NCBI RefSeq assembly: GCF_036321535.1
Contig: NC_087436.1
Span: 56,732,001-56,796,000, forward strand
Origin: Camelus dromedarius
Lineage: Eukaryota
Reading direction: 5' to 3'
DNA length: 64,000 nt
In this document: positions 14,380 to 25,760 of the stretch, one piece after another
Layout: each line of letters opens with the position of its first letter
Numbering within the stretch: position 1 is the first letter of the stretch
Position numbers and translations under genes: made by a program
Notes under the pieces: generated by a model
Database searches by the model: none
What the model saw: only the letters and a program-made list of their open reading frames with translations
Told to the model about the DNA's origin: nothing

Positions 14380-14560
14380 CAAGTGCTTACGAGGTACAGG
14401 GCAGTAACATGTTCTATTGTCTATAAACTTCATGACTATGAGGTAGGATAATATCCTTCCTATTTAACAGATGAGGAAACTGAGGCTTAGACAAGTTAAG
14501 TAACTTTCCTAAGACTGTATTTCTGGTAAATGGTAGAAGTGAACAGGAATCAGGTCTAAT
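14380..14560 (-). mobile_element. MIR SINE fragment
   Basis: acagatgaggaaactgaggcttagacaagttaagtaactttcctaag MIR core. Confidence 0.75.
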
Positions 14561-14611
14561 TTAACTCATACCATTTTTTCTCTACCAACTGGGTATATGC
14601 ACCATACAGCA

Positions 14612-15891
14612 GCTGAGTCAGGCAGATAATGGTCCTCTAAAGATGCCCACATCCTAATCCTCAGAACCTAGTTACATGGTATCTCAGAACCTAGGAACAT
14701 GGCAAAGGGACTTTGTGATTAAGCTAAGGATTTTGAAATGGAGAGACTAGCCTGGGTTATAAGGGTAGGCTTGATATAACCATAAGGGTTCATATACATG
14801 AAAGAAGGCAAAAGAGTGAGTCAGAGAAGATGGGTCCTGGAAGCACAGATCACAGCACTGTGATTGTTGGAAGGGGTGGAGAAGCAAGGAACACAGGCAG
14901 CCTCCAGAAGCTGGAGAAGGCAAGAAATTAAGTCTTCCCTAGAGCCTCCAGCAGTGTAACACAGCCCTGTTGAGCCCTTATTTTTCACCCTCTGAAATCC
15001 ATTTTGGACTCCTACAGTTGTCATACCAATTTCCGTTCTGATGCATGTATTTATTTTTCCCCACATCACCAACCAATTCTCCAATGAATATCCTACAATT
15101 CAACTCTAACACTATCTCCTTGAGGACAGCATCAGATTCCAGAGATTAAGGACTCAGTCCTACAAAACTGAACCCCTGCCTCCACTTTAGATGCCAAACT
15201 CAAGTCCAGGTTGTTACCTATGCGTCTGACCAACCAGCTACAGATTGGAGGTTCTAACAATCCTCTCCTTGGGTTCAATTAAGTTGCTAGAGTGGCTCAC
15301 AGAACTCAGAGAAACAACTTACTTACTAGATCACATACAGGTTTATTATAAAAGGATATAACTCAGGAACAGCCAGATGGAAGAGAAAAACAGGGCAGAG
15401 TATGGAGGATACTTTCTGGGCACCCCACGCTCCCCTCCCCAAATCTGTGTTCACCAACCTGGACACTCTAACCCCATCTTTTTGGGGGTTTTATGGAAGC
15501 TTCATGACATAGGCAGGATTGATTAAATCATTGGCCATTGGTGATTGGATTCACCCTCCAGCCCCTCCTCAGAGGCTGAGGTGAAGAGGGGTGGGACTGA
15601 AAGTTTCAACCCTCCAATCACTTGGTTGGCTCCCTGGCAACTAGGACCCTCCCTTCTTAGGTATTTTCCAAAAGTCACCTTACTAATATAAGACACCTTT
15701 ACTGCGCTCCTAAGGAAATTCCAAGGGTTTTAGGAGTTCAGTGCCAGGAACGGGGACAGAGAACAAATATATATTTCTTATTATAAATCATAAGATAACA
15801 ACTTATGACCTCTAGAAATGTAGTAAAATTGTACTGTTTAAAATCACTAATTTTGTGATACTTTATTATAGCACAAAAAGGAAACTAATAC
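14612..15891 (+). mobile_element. MLT1 (MaLR) solo LTR, split by a nested LTR at ~15018-15800
   Basis: 5' part ataatggtcctctaaagatgcccacatcctaatcctcagaacc...agaagctggagaaggcaag. 3' part gacctctagaaatgt...ttatagcacaaaaaggaaactaataca. Confidence 0.8.
15018..15800 (-). mobile_element. MER21-like LTR nested in the MLT1
   Basis: Ends ggaaattccaagggttttaggagttcagtgccaggaacggggacagagaacaaatatatatttcttattataa, the reverse complement of the MER21-family 5' end. Confidence 0.75.
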
Positions 15892-15944
15892 ACTGGCCCC
15901 AACTATATGCTCCCGATTAATTCAGAACCTGATTCAATATCTAG

Positions 15945-16190
15945 AAATATGGGGGGAAAGGGGTGGGTAAGGATAAATTAGGAGTTTGAGATTTACAGAT
16001 ACTAATTATATATAAGATAAACAAGTTCATAATGTATAGCACAATATCTTGCAGTAACTTATGGTGGAAAAGCATATGAAAATGAATACATGTATGTTCA
16101 TGTATGATTGAAGCATTATGCTATACACCACAAATTGACACATTATAAACTGACTATACTTCAATAAAAATATATACAAAAAACAAAAGC
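15945..16190 (+). mobile_element. Very short L1 3'-end insertion
   Basis: ggataaattaggagtttgagatttacagatac...tgactatacttcaataaaaa; same 3'UTR type as 8362-8755. Confidence 0.8.
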
Positions 16191-17009
16191 GTGTGTAATT
16201 CTAGATATTAACAAATGTTTGAATTGGCAGCATCCAATACACAATCCAGTTTGAAACCCAAAATGTGAGATGTAAAGGGACAGTACAGTATCATGGGTCG
16301 TGAAGACCTCAGTTCTGGAGTTCTCCCAAACTTATGTTGAACCTCTCTCTGTCGAAGAAGGCAAAGCCTTAGCTTGCAGTGACTGGTGAGCAACTCCAGT
16401 AACTTCTACTTTATTTCTAATGGAGCCATGAATGGATACAGGCTTTCTAAAAAAAATAAATAAATAAGACATGTATGTCAATTTCAGGGAAGGCTGTATT
16501 AAAACAAGTTTAACTGTACATATCCTGAAAGCATGTTCTAAACTCCCAGTGACAGGAAGTTCACAATTCATGTCTTGGGCACCAGCTCCCAAGGACCACC
16601 TGCTGGGGAGCCCCTAGATATTGAGGAGTAGCATGCACTTGCCATGGGACATCCATTCATTCACTTAAACATTTGCTGAATATTTACCATATGAGTGAGC
16701 AAAACAGACAAGGTTGCTGTCCACACAGAGCTTATATTCAGATTGGGGAGGCAGCAAACAAAGCATCGCAGACATAGGTATGTCAATGGAATCACGCTCA
16801 GTGCTGTGATGGAGTAGGACAGCAATGCGTCAAGTCTAGCCTGAAGACCCAGAATGAGTCACTTAGCCTTTAGGGGTGATTAGAAAGTGTTTTTGAAGGT
16901 GGTTTGAAATAATTAAAAACCAGGTAAGATCTTATTATATGAAGTGACTATAAAGTTCTAAAGTCATCTGAAAACGACTCCATGAACAAATAGGATTATT
17001 TGAAAAGAT

Positions 17010-17410
17010 ATGTTTCTGCTTAAAACCATTCAATGGTTCCCTTTAGCCCTAGGATAAGGTGTGAACCCCTTGCCATGGCCCACGAAGCTGTGACCTGACC
17101 CTGCTTCTTCCCACAGCCCACCCAGCGGGCCTGTCACATCCTACCCTTCTTTCGCTTGACTCCTATTCTTCCTTCCAAAGGTCCCAGCTTAGCCACAGCT
17201 TCCCCTGGAAGTCTTCCGGTGCTGAGTCTGCCCCAGCTTGTGTGAATATGGTGCCTTTTATGTTCCCTCCACCGGCACCTACCACCAGGTGCATCAACTG
17301 CTTAATTAATTGCTTGTGAAATTGTGATGTCTCTAGAACATGAATTCTTTGAAGGCAGGGTTCCTGCCTCAGGCACTGGGGATGTAAGTGCATACGTAGC
17401 CTAGGTAAAT
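17010..17410 (+). mobile_element. L2 fragment (another, minus-strand L2 end lies at ~16655-16800)
   Basis: ctgcttaaaaccattcaatggttccctttagccctaggataa...gaaggcagggttc. Confidence 0.55.
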
Positions 17411-20279
17411 GGAACAGTGGTAGGAAAGAGAAGAACGAACAATGCTGGGGGCCCCCGCATGGATGATGGAGACACCTGCTCACTGGGCTGAACTGGGTAA
17501 GAAAGATAAGGGAGGATTGCACCTAAGCATGTACCTCCAGGGTCACACTGCCTGGGGTTGACTCCCAGGCCCTCTATTTGTCCTGTGGTCTGCCTAGGGC
17601 AAGTTGATGTAATGCGGCCAGCATGGGGGCGGGGGTTGCTTGGCCAGAACTGGAGATAAAACTCAGCCCATTGCTCCCCAAGCCATGTGCCCTGGTGCAG
17701 GACTGTGCCTACTTTGTAATAAGAGAGGTGCCCCTTGTCAAAGACGATACTCACACTTCAAGATGTCTTAGCTGTATCCCCCTTGGCAGGCTATGTGGAC
17801 ATAGGACAGATGCCTTTTTATAACCCCCTTGCCCAGTGGGTGCGTTTCTATGATCCATCTGCCCTTAGACAGTGCCTTTTATGATATGATGGCCAGACAC
17901 AGGCTGGCCTACCAGGCTGAGAACCTGTACAAGTTACCAGTCTCAGTAAACCTCAGCTTCGTTAGTACCTACATCTTGTGGCCCCTCTGAAGCTTATGTT
18001 AGATGATCGACATGAGGTACTTAGCACACATGAAGTATTCAAAAGTGGAAGCAGTTCTAAATGTTGAAAACAACCAGGACCCCACGCCACCATTTTGTGT
18101 TTAAAAAAAAGCCTTAGGAACTATGCCCTTTCCCAAAAGCCTTGTAGGAGGCACCAGAAGTTTCAGAGATGTCTTCTCATCTGCCTGTTCTGCTTATATC
18201 TCTTGTTAAATCTTTCTTTGTGCATTACGCCCTCCTAGGCCTACTTATAAAACTGCAGGATGCTGATTTCCTTACACATAATATAATTCTCACAATGGAT
18301 ATTTAAAATTTATGGCCCAATCTCCCACATGAAGGTGGTCTGGCAGCCGTAATTTTTTCCTTCTGTACATAAATGACTATTAACTTGTTGGCGTTTTGCA
18401 GACAGGTTTTGATGAACTATGATATTTTGCTTAAAATCATTCCAAGAATAATGTCAGACTTTGTAATTGCCTTCCCCATGACCACCAGCAAGCAAAATTC
18501 ACCTCGACAGCACAGCTTATATTAAAAGGAATCAAGCTACAACCAGACAGAACCATGAATTCGAGAACACGGGGCAGACGGCTCCTTTTCTGTGAGGTTT
18601 TGGAGTACACTCAGACGCGGCCCAGAGCTCCGACTATAAATATATATGTCAATATGAGAGGATGGCGTTTGTAGGCTCTTTCAGATTAAAAAACAAACTT
18701 GGCAGATGGTTTAACAGGAAAACAAAGAAGTAACCAAAATTCAGTCCCAGTGGCAATAAAAATATTTCAGTTTGTAGTTGGGTGCTGTTGAGAACAAATG
18801 TTCCCAAATACCAGACTATGTTAAAATGTTCACTCACTCAGAGCAAGATCAGATCAGTTTTTACGTGTTAACGTTCACATAGATGCATTTGTTCTTATAT
18901 ATATGTCAGGGCTAGATTGCCAACCATCTTTTCTCAGGAAAAGTTGTCGGTTATTCTGAGATCATGTCCTTTCCACTTTGATGCTAAAATGTTCTTTTCT
19001 TAATGTAATGATTTCCATAGCAAATGATAGTTGTCAATGTGTGAAAAGTCTGAAAGTTGGCAGCCTCTGAATTTTGGTTTTTTGGGAACATTAATGCTAC
19101 ATAAAATCCAAAGGTGTCAGAACCAAAAATCGTCTGTATTTTCTATTTTCCAGGCCACTGGTTTGCCCTCACGTAGACTCGGCTATCTTCTCCGTCAAAG
19201 AACTGGGGGGTGGAAGACAGGGGAGGGGTGCCAAGACCTTCCGCACGATCTCAGACACAATCTCAGGGCAAACAGGTTTGCAAGGAGAGCCACAGCCCAC
19301 CACAAAACCCACTGAGAAGAGTTATAAAGAGACACAAAAGACTGAAAAAAAAAAACAGGCTCATTATTCAATGCACAGTTCCAATAGGACTTTTACCCCA
19401 AATCTGACACTTTGCCTCATTTTCTAATATTACAAATGAGTGACCTTTCTCATACATTCAGTGGAGAACAGCTCTCACTCCAGGCCACCTGGGGTACAAT
19501 CGCTTTTCCTAGACAGGCCTTTCTGTCCTCAGCTCTTAAAAACAAGGGCTGGACTCAGCTGCTAACGTACCTCCCAACACTAACATTACACACTTATTGG
19601 CTCCTTCACCTTACAAATCATACACTGCTCCCCAGAATAGCCTGTTTACTGGGGAGATTTGAACGGAGGGGGTGAATATTCAGGATTGCTAGCAAGTGCA
19701 TGAAGCACCCTATGAGCCAAATTTAAAGACCTGTTTTCATCTATCACTTTGTCCTTTTTCTTACCTCTTAAAACTCTTCCTTCATCGCACTCCTCTCCTA
19801 CTGAGAGCACTTGTGGCTCTTCGTTATTAAGTCGGGGGCCTGGATCTCAAAGGTTGGCAGGGGCAGGCAGATGATGGGGAGACGAGCCTGCAGGGTCACG
19901 GGAGCCAACTGAGGAGCCCGTGCCCCCGAGAAGGAATGGCAGCTGCTGGGTTCCAGCACCTTCCCATCAGAAAGGCAAAAGCTGCCAAACCTTCCTAGAG
20001 CCAAGACAGAATTCTCACTCTGGGGTATATAATCTTCAGTGTTTTAGCAGTTGGCAACTATGTTTAAAATTTTTTTAATCTGATGGCCAAAGATTGCAAA
20101 CTGGGAGATAGACTGCTGATTTCCCATTTCTGACATACAGAACAAAAATTCTGATAATCAAGACTCTCATGTAGCTCTGACTTTTAAGGGGCTTAATCTG
20201 AACATCTCTCTTCATTATGTTCTCGGAATCAAAGTGAATCCAACACTTCTGACTTATAGATGAAGGCACAGAACATGGG

Positions 20280-20400
20280 CTTTGAAGAAAGACCGCCATC
20301 CAAGTTCTGATTCTATCATTCACTACCTTGTGAAAAACTAACTATTTTGAACCTCAGTTTCCCTAGCTTTAAAGTCACTAATTCTTACCTTCTGGGTTAT
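20280..20400 (+). mobile_element. MIR SINE fragment
   Basis: gggctttgaag...tgaacctcagtttccc. Confidence 0.55.
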
Positions 20401-22544
20401 TAAATGCCCACCGTCCCCCCGACCTTTGCCCTTCTCCTTCCAGACTGGAAGTATCCTTGGACACATCTCGGTTCTCTACTTGGGTCTGCTCTCCACCTGC
20501 CATTCTCCTGGATTCTGTACAAACGTGAGGCCTAACTATATATCCCACTCCTTTACACTGCCCTTTCAGACCGGCTAAATCTGCAGTGACTTCTCTGCCT
20601 TATCCTCCATAAGTATTTTTGCTGTCACCAATTTTTTTGGTCATTTCTTTGTCCCATTCTGGATTTAAGAGAATATGTTGAAAATAATCAACTCCCACTT
20701 TCAGTTTATAACCTCAGGAGGAGTGAATCTGAAAAGAACATGCTTAGAAGTTGTGTAAGTTTCCATTTTGATCCTGAGCATCCTCCCATACAGAAAGCCA
20801 TATACTAGCCCCTGCAGTGACACAAAATTTCCACTAAGGATAATTCAAGACTTGGAAGGGAGGCAGCTTTGTCTTCAACAATTGCCTTTTCAACACCAAC
20901 AGGGACAATTTCAGCAGCCACAACTAGGAGCCTCTCCAACCTTGCTGGTTAAACAGCAGTAGTATCAATAATAGCTAGAATATGTTGCCACAGCTGCTTC
21001 CCCTTATACCCCGAACATCCTGGTTCTGAGCTGCTAATAAGATTCTGCTCTAATTTTGCTCTGGGCTATGTCCAGACTTGATGCTGAAATGCTTTGGCTA
21101 CACCCAGGTACGTGGATCCCCAGGAGTGTTTTTTGTCAAAACCTTGCTTTAGCGATAAACCTTGCTCTCTAAGGAGATAAGTAATGCTCTCCTGCGGCAA
21201 TCCATTTCAATATCTGTCCAGCACAGGTTTCTCTGGAGATTTATTTGCACTAAGCTCCCATGATGTCACACAGAGGTGGTGATCTGGAAACAGAATTAGG
21301 CGTGTTTGCAGGAATTATTCTGATGACTGATTGGTCGAGGAGGGTGGTAATGGGACACGACACTAATGAGCCTTTCCTACTTGGGATAAGTGATCAACTG
21401 TCAACTGTTGATAGTCTTCCAAAGCTCATAAACTAGCCACACAGATTGGCAAATGCACACATGTATCTGGATTCCAGAAGGAACAAACACTGTCCCGAGT
21501 ATCAAACATTGTTATGTGTATTTAGAGGGAAGTATCTATAAAGACTTGAACACTTTGTTGCATGGCTAGAGAGCAGTTTGAAGAACAAGCTGAATGCTGT
21601 CCAGCTGGGCAGTAACTCAAGACGAGCAGAGGGCAAGGTGGAGGAAGGCGGCCAAGGAAGCCGTTTTCTTTACCCAGATAAACAAGGTCCACTGGGCCCA
21701 GCCACACCATCCACTGACATCCCCACCCACCACCAACCAAGTCCACACTCTTAACACACACACATTTATGATGTTTCAGGGACTCCCTTTAACCTTTAAG
21801 CTGTTCCTGACAGTTACTTTTCCTGGACAAAAATGTTTGGGGTGGAGATTACAATGTGATTTCCCCAAAGCCTGGCAGCTCTCTAAAACAGTGGTTAGCA
21901 ACACTTTGGGAGGTCATCAGTGACAAATGAAACAAGCATCTCAGACTTTTAAAGTGAAGTTCCATGACACCTCTTCGGAGGGATGGTGGGAAGAAGGCAG
22001 ACGTGATTCCCTTCAGCTGTGGACGCAGGTACCATCTAATCTCCTGGGCCTTCAGCAACTTAAAACATCTGATCATTTCACCAACTTCCCACCCATCCTG
22101 GCCCTTAAGAATTCTAGGGGAAGCCCATCCCCCCCCCCGAGGGCTGACCTGAGCGAGGGTCATCGAAGGCTCATCTCTCAGTGTGGCAGCGCCGTGAGAA
22201 CAAGCTCCCTCCAGGCCAAGGAACAAGGAAAGGAAAACTGAAGACTACTAAAGTTTGTATTGCGGAAATTAGACGGAGTCCAGACTTGTGAAATTTCATC
22301 AAGATGAGAACTACATAATTTCTCTTACAAGCCAAAAATAGAGTGTTCAGGAAGCCCTGCCCTGTGAGCAAATCACAGTAAAAGTCAAAGGTGGTTAGTA
22401 CGCAGCAGACACTCAGGCCTTCATTCATTCAGACATTGGAATGTGGTCCACCAGTTGCCAAAAATCTGCCTCAGACGTGGGGACCAAGAGAGAGACAGAG
22501 AGACAATAACATATGCCAACCTGAGGGATTTGTTAACCATTTAC

Positions 22545-22972
22545 CGTTAAAGTTAACAGCTCAAGTCCTTAAAATGGCCCACCAGGCCCTCTGGGACCTT
22601 CCCAATCACTTTCTCTCCTCCCTAGTCTCCCCTCTCTCCCACTCACTTCAGCCACATTGGCTCTTGGCCGTTCTCTAAATGTGCCAAGGTTTTTCCTTGG
22701 CCTGGAACAACCTTCCTCCAAATACCACGTGGCTCCCTCCCTTGTTTCCTCTCTGGTTCACCCCCACCTACCTGGCCTTTCCTCCACCCATCTTTATTTT
22801 GCTCCATTTACCACCCGATACTCTGTATGTTCAATTGCAACTTTGTTCACTGTGCCTCTCCTGATGGAACATACACTTTTGGAGGGAAGAGACTTGTGTT
22901 AAATTCCCAGTGACTTCAGTGCTGCATGGAAAATGCTAGGTGCTCTGATACATGTTTGTTCAATGAATGAAC
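22545..22972 (+). mobile_element. L2 3' end
   Basis: aagtccttaaaatggcccaccaggccct...cttcagccacattggc...tgtttgttcaatgaatgaa. Confidence 0.7.
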
Positions 22973-25189
22973 ATGTGAAAAGAATGGATGAGGAACCACT
23001 GTATATAGACCATGTCCTTTCAACTCCCTTGCAGAAATGTTTTGTGGGATGAGATTTAACATTTTGCTCTCAGAGCTGATATAAACATGACTTGTTACCA
23101 GTGATGGTTTTTCCCACCCATTCCAAGATTGAAAACATGTGTGCGACACCTCAGGTAACAAAATGGCCCCTTAAAGATCAACACAAATTCCTTCAAGAAT
23201 CCAGGGCCAACCAGGAGCCTTCCTCATGACACTCATTTGCATCTTTTAAGTCTGACTATGCAGACCACATAGCACCTTTCTCTCCGTTGCCAGGAAAATA
23301 CCACTGACATCACTAATACAGGGAAAGTATGTGTGCGTGCTGCTCAGATTAAAGTTATCTGTGCTTTCTGTCTGTAAGTTCTGTAGTTTTCACCTGTTAC
23401 ACTTTATACTGACAAACATGTCTATGTATCTGCTAGCATCCTACTATGTTACATGAAATTAGAAATGTTATTTTGCTGTTTTCTAGGAGACCTTCCGGTT
23501 CTTAAAATTGCTTCTGCGTCCTGAGATGGAGGAAACCTAAAGAATCAGGCCAAATATCATTGTACTAGAAAAAACCAAAAAGAGTCATTTCCCAGAGGGT
23601 GGGTAGAGAGAGAGAGACAGGAAATTAAGATGAGCCTGATGAAGAGAGGGATGCTGTGCTCTCTTGCCTCCACATTAACCTAAATGTATCCTGGAATCTT
23701 CATTACTCCGCTGAGAACAGCATCCACCCTGGCCTCTGTCCAAGAGGGCTTAGTGGGAAAAGTATTAACGCCTGCAAGGTGGTCCCACAGCAAGGTCCCT
23801 GAGGACAGAGGTTCCAGTATAGCCAGGGAAAATCTGGAGGAACAGGCTGATTCCAACGCCATGGCGTCTGCTGCTAAGTGACAAGGCACTATATCATGTA
23901 ACAGACTGCAGCTTTAGAATGGGAGACGGTGGAGGAATGATTGAAACCCGTATGTCACACAGATGGATGCAAAATGAGTGAGCAGTGCTGTCCTCGAAGA
24001 ACATAATCTACATACCAGAACAGGCAGGGGTTTGTTTAGGTCTAAGCCATGGCAACAAATTTTAGCTTCGCAGCTCCCAGAGCAGCTGTACCGAGGGGCC
24101 TCGGGCCAGGCCGTCTATGGCGGCCCTGCACTCCCTCCTCTGGGCTCTGTTGTATTATATCTTCAAACAGCACCTAAGTGTTAAACCTTCAGTTCATTTG
24201 CACAGCACAGCTAAGAAAACAGAGCAACTCCCAGACCTCCCCGTGCGGCTGCAGACAACCAACCTTTCCTCCTCCCACTCCAACTCCTAGACCAAGTAGT
24301 TTCCAATAGTTTGAAAAGAAAACAAACAAAAACTTGCTTGTTAGTTTTAGAGGGGAGAGCACTGAAGAAAAGGGATTATGATTAAAAACAAAAACAAATT
24401 ATTCTTCAGGAGAAGCTTGAGTCATTGCAGAGAATGTGAATGGGTGTGTATCAATCAGAACAAATCCACAATCCCCACAGGTGGTTGAATGTCGCATTGG
24501 AAGAAATTTAGGCCGCCTTCCAGTTAAACAATTTACAAATCTTGTTCCTGAGAATCTGAAGAATCCAGAGTTTCTTTGAAGGTTTTGCAAATTAGAACTA
24601 TCTGTTGCTTAAAAAACAAAAAACCCTAAGAAATTAACGTGCCAAATGCTTACCTCTGGGCTCTTCTATGTAGTCGCTTCTGAAGATGTTTCAAGAGTTA
24701 CTAAAACAATCAAAACGTAGAAACCACTGATCTAATTTTTATAGAGATGGACGGTCTGGTCAGGATTGGACCCAAGCTATCTCCGGGATCAGAGAAATAA
24801 TTAGTAATCAAACACCCAAATGCATTACTCCTGGCTCCGCGGGTGCTCTTCTCTAACTTACTGCCGCACCCAACTCCCTCACCTCCCCATTAAGTTTATC
24901 TTACAGGTTAGGAAAATTCCTAATACGGAATGATGGGGAAACCGTACCACGTGAGACTTAATTTAACGCCTAACTTGGGGGCTGCACACTGACTGCGGCA
25001 TTTACTGTTTCAGCTCAGGAAACAGCCAGGTCTGTGCGGAACCTGTTTTATCTGCTCTGCTTCCCACGAGTGCCACAGAACTCTGGAAAGAAAAAGAGGT
25101 GGGTAAAAACTTGCAAAAATCCCCAGAGTAAATCCTCTTTTTTCTAGGTATCTAAATTTCATAAACTGAGGCGTGAGTCTCTGATTTTA

Positions 25190-25430
25190 GACGCCACAGG
25201 AAGAGAGAAAACGTTCGTTTCTACCTGCAGTCGCCGAAAGCTTCCGACCAATGTTTCAGGACATCCGAGCGAGCGAACCCCTCCGCCAACTCCGCTCTGC
25301 GGCGCGGCAGCACCAGCAGGAGCGAAGTGGCATTGCAAATATAGTCACGCCACCCCCGTCCCAGCCAATCAGAGCCTCCGGGGTGGGCCCGCGCATGCCT
25401 TCTAACAGGATCCTCAGGGTATTTGCATAT
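25190..25430. promoter_or_regulatory. Orphan CpG-rich promoter/enhancer-like element
   Basis: Local CpG/GC enrichment in a CpG-poor window. Motifs: ATTTGCAT octamer 25421-25428, GCGCATGCC NRF1-like 25391-25399, GGGGTGGG 25380-25387, CCAAT 25365-25369 and 25248-25252, GCCACCCC 25349-25356, TTGCAAAT 25333-25340. Confidence 0.6.
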
Positions 25431-25464
25431 TAAAGTGAGAAGCGTTGGCCTAGATCTACATCAG

Positions 25465-25640
25465 GTGCTTCCCGAGGAGTGGTCTTGGGATCAGCGGGAT
25501 CAGCGTCACCTGGGAGCTCAGCAGAAAGGCAGATTTTCACCTGCTCCAGATCTACTAAATTCGAAACTCTAGGGATGAGGCTTAAAAATCTAGTTCTGTC
25601 CAGAAGATTCTGACACACAACAAAGTTTGAGTACCCTTGT
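25465..25640. mobile_element. MER5A-like hAT-Charlie DNA transposon
   Basis: cagcgtcacctgggagct...ctccagatctactaaattcgaaactctagggatgagg...gattctgacacacaacaaagtttgagtacc. Confidence 0.7.
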
Positions 25641-25655
25641 TTAGAAAGTGAAGAC

Positions 25656-25760
25656 GGGGCTGGTGAGTATAGCTCAGTGGTAGAGCGCATGCTTAGCATA
25701 CATGAGGTCCTGGACTTCATCCCCAGTACCTACATTAAAAATTAAAAAAAAAAAAAAAAA
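25656..25760 (+). mobile_element. tRNA-derived SINE (camelid Vic-1-like), young copy
   Basis: A box tagctcagtggtagagc, degenerate B box ggacttcatcccc, poly(A) tail, perfect TSD aaagtgaagac (25645-25655 / 25758-25768). Confidence 0.88.

Noticed and set aside
21522..22428. Cluster of overlapping 60-125 aa ORFs on both strands
   Set aside because: Explained by locally higher GC. No domain, splice pattern or recognisable homology.
24399..24590. 63-aa minus ORF containing CxxC (TTCGDCGF)
   Set aside because: Non-ATG start, no recognisable homology, and the gap to the 24654 donor (~45-50 nt) is too short for a normal mammalian intron.
25190..25430. snRNA/RMRP/H1-type gene suggested by the octamer
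   Set aside because: No recognisable PSE or known small-RNA body on either side. The CCAAT/GC-box/Inr context fits a Pol II element better.
25656..25735. tRNA-Ala-like sequence as a real tRNA gene
   Set aside because: Degenerate B box, no proper acceptor stem, a poly(A) tail and a TSD: this is a SINE.
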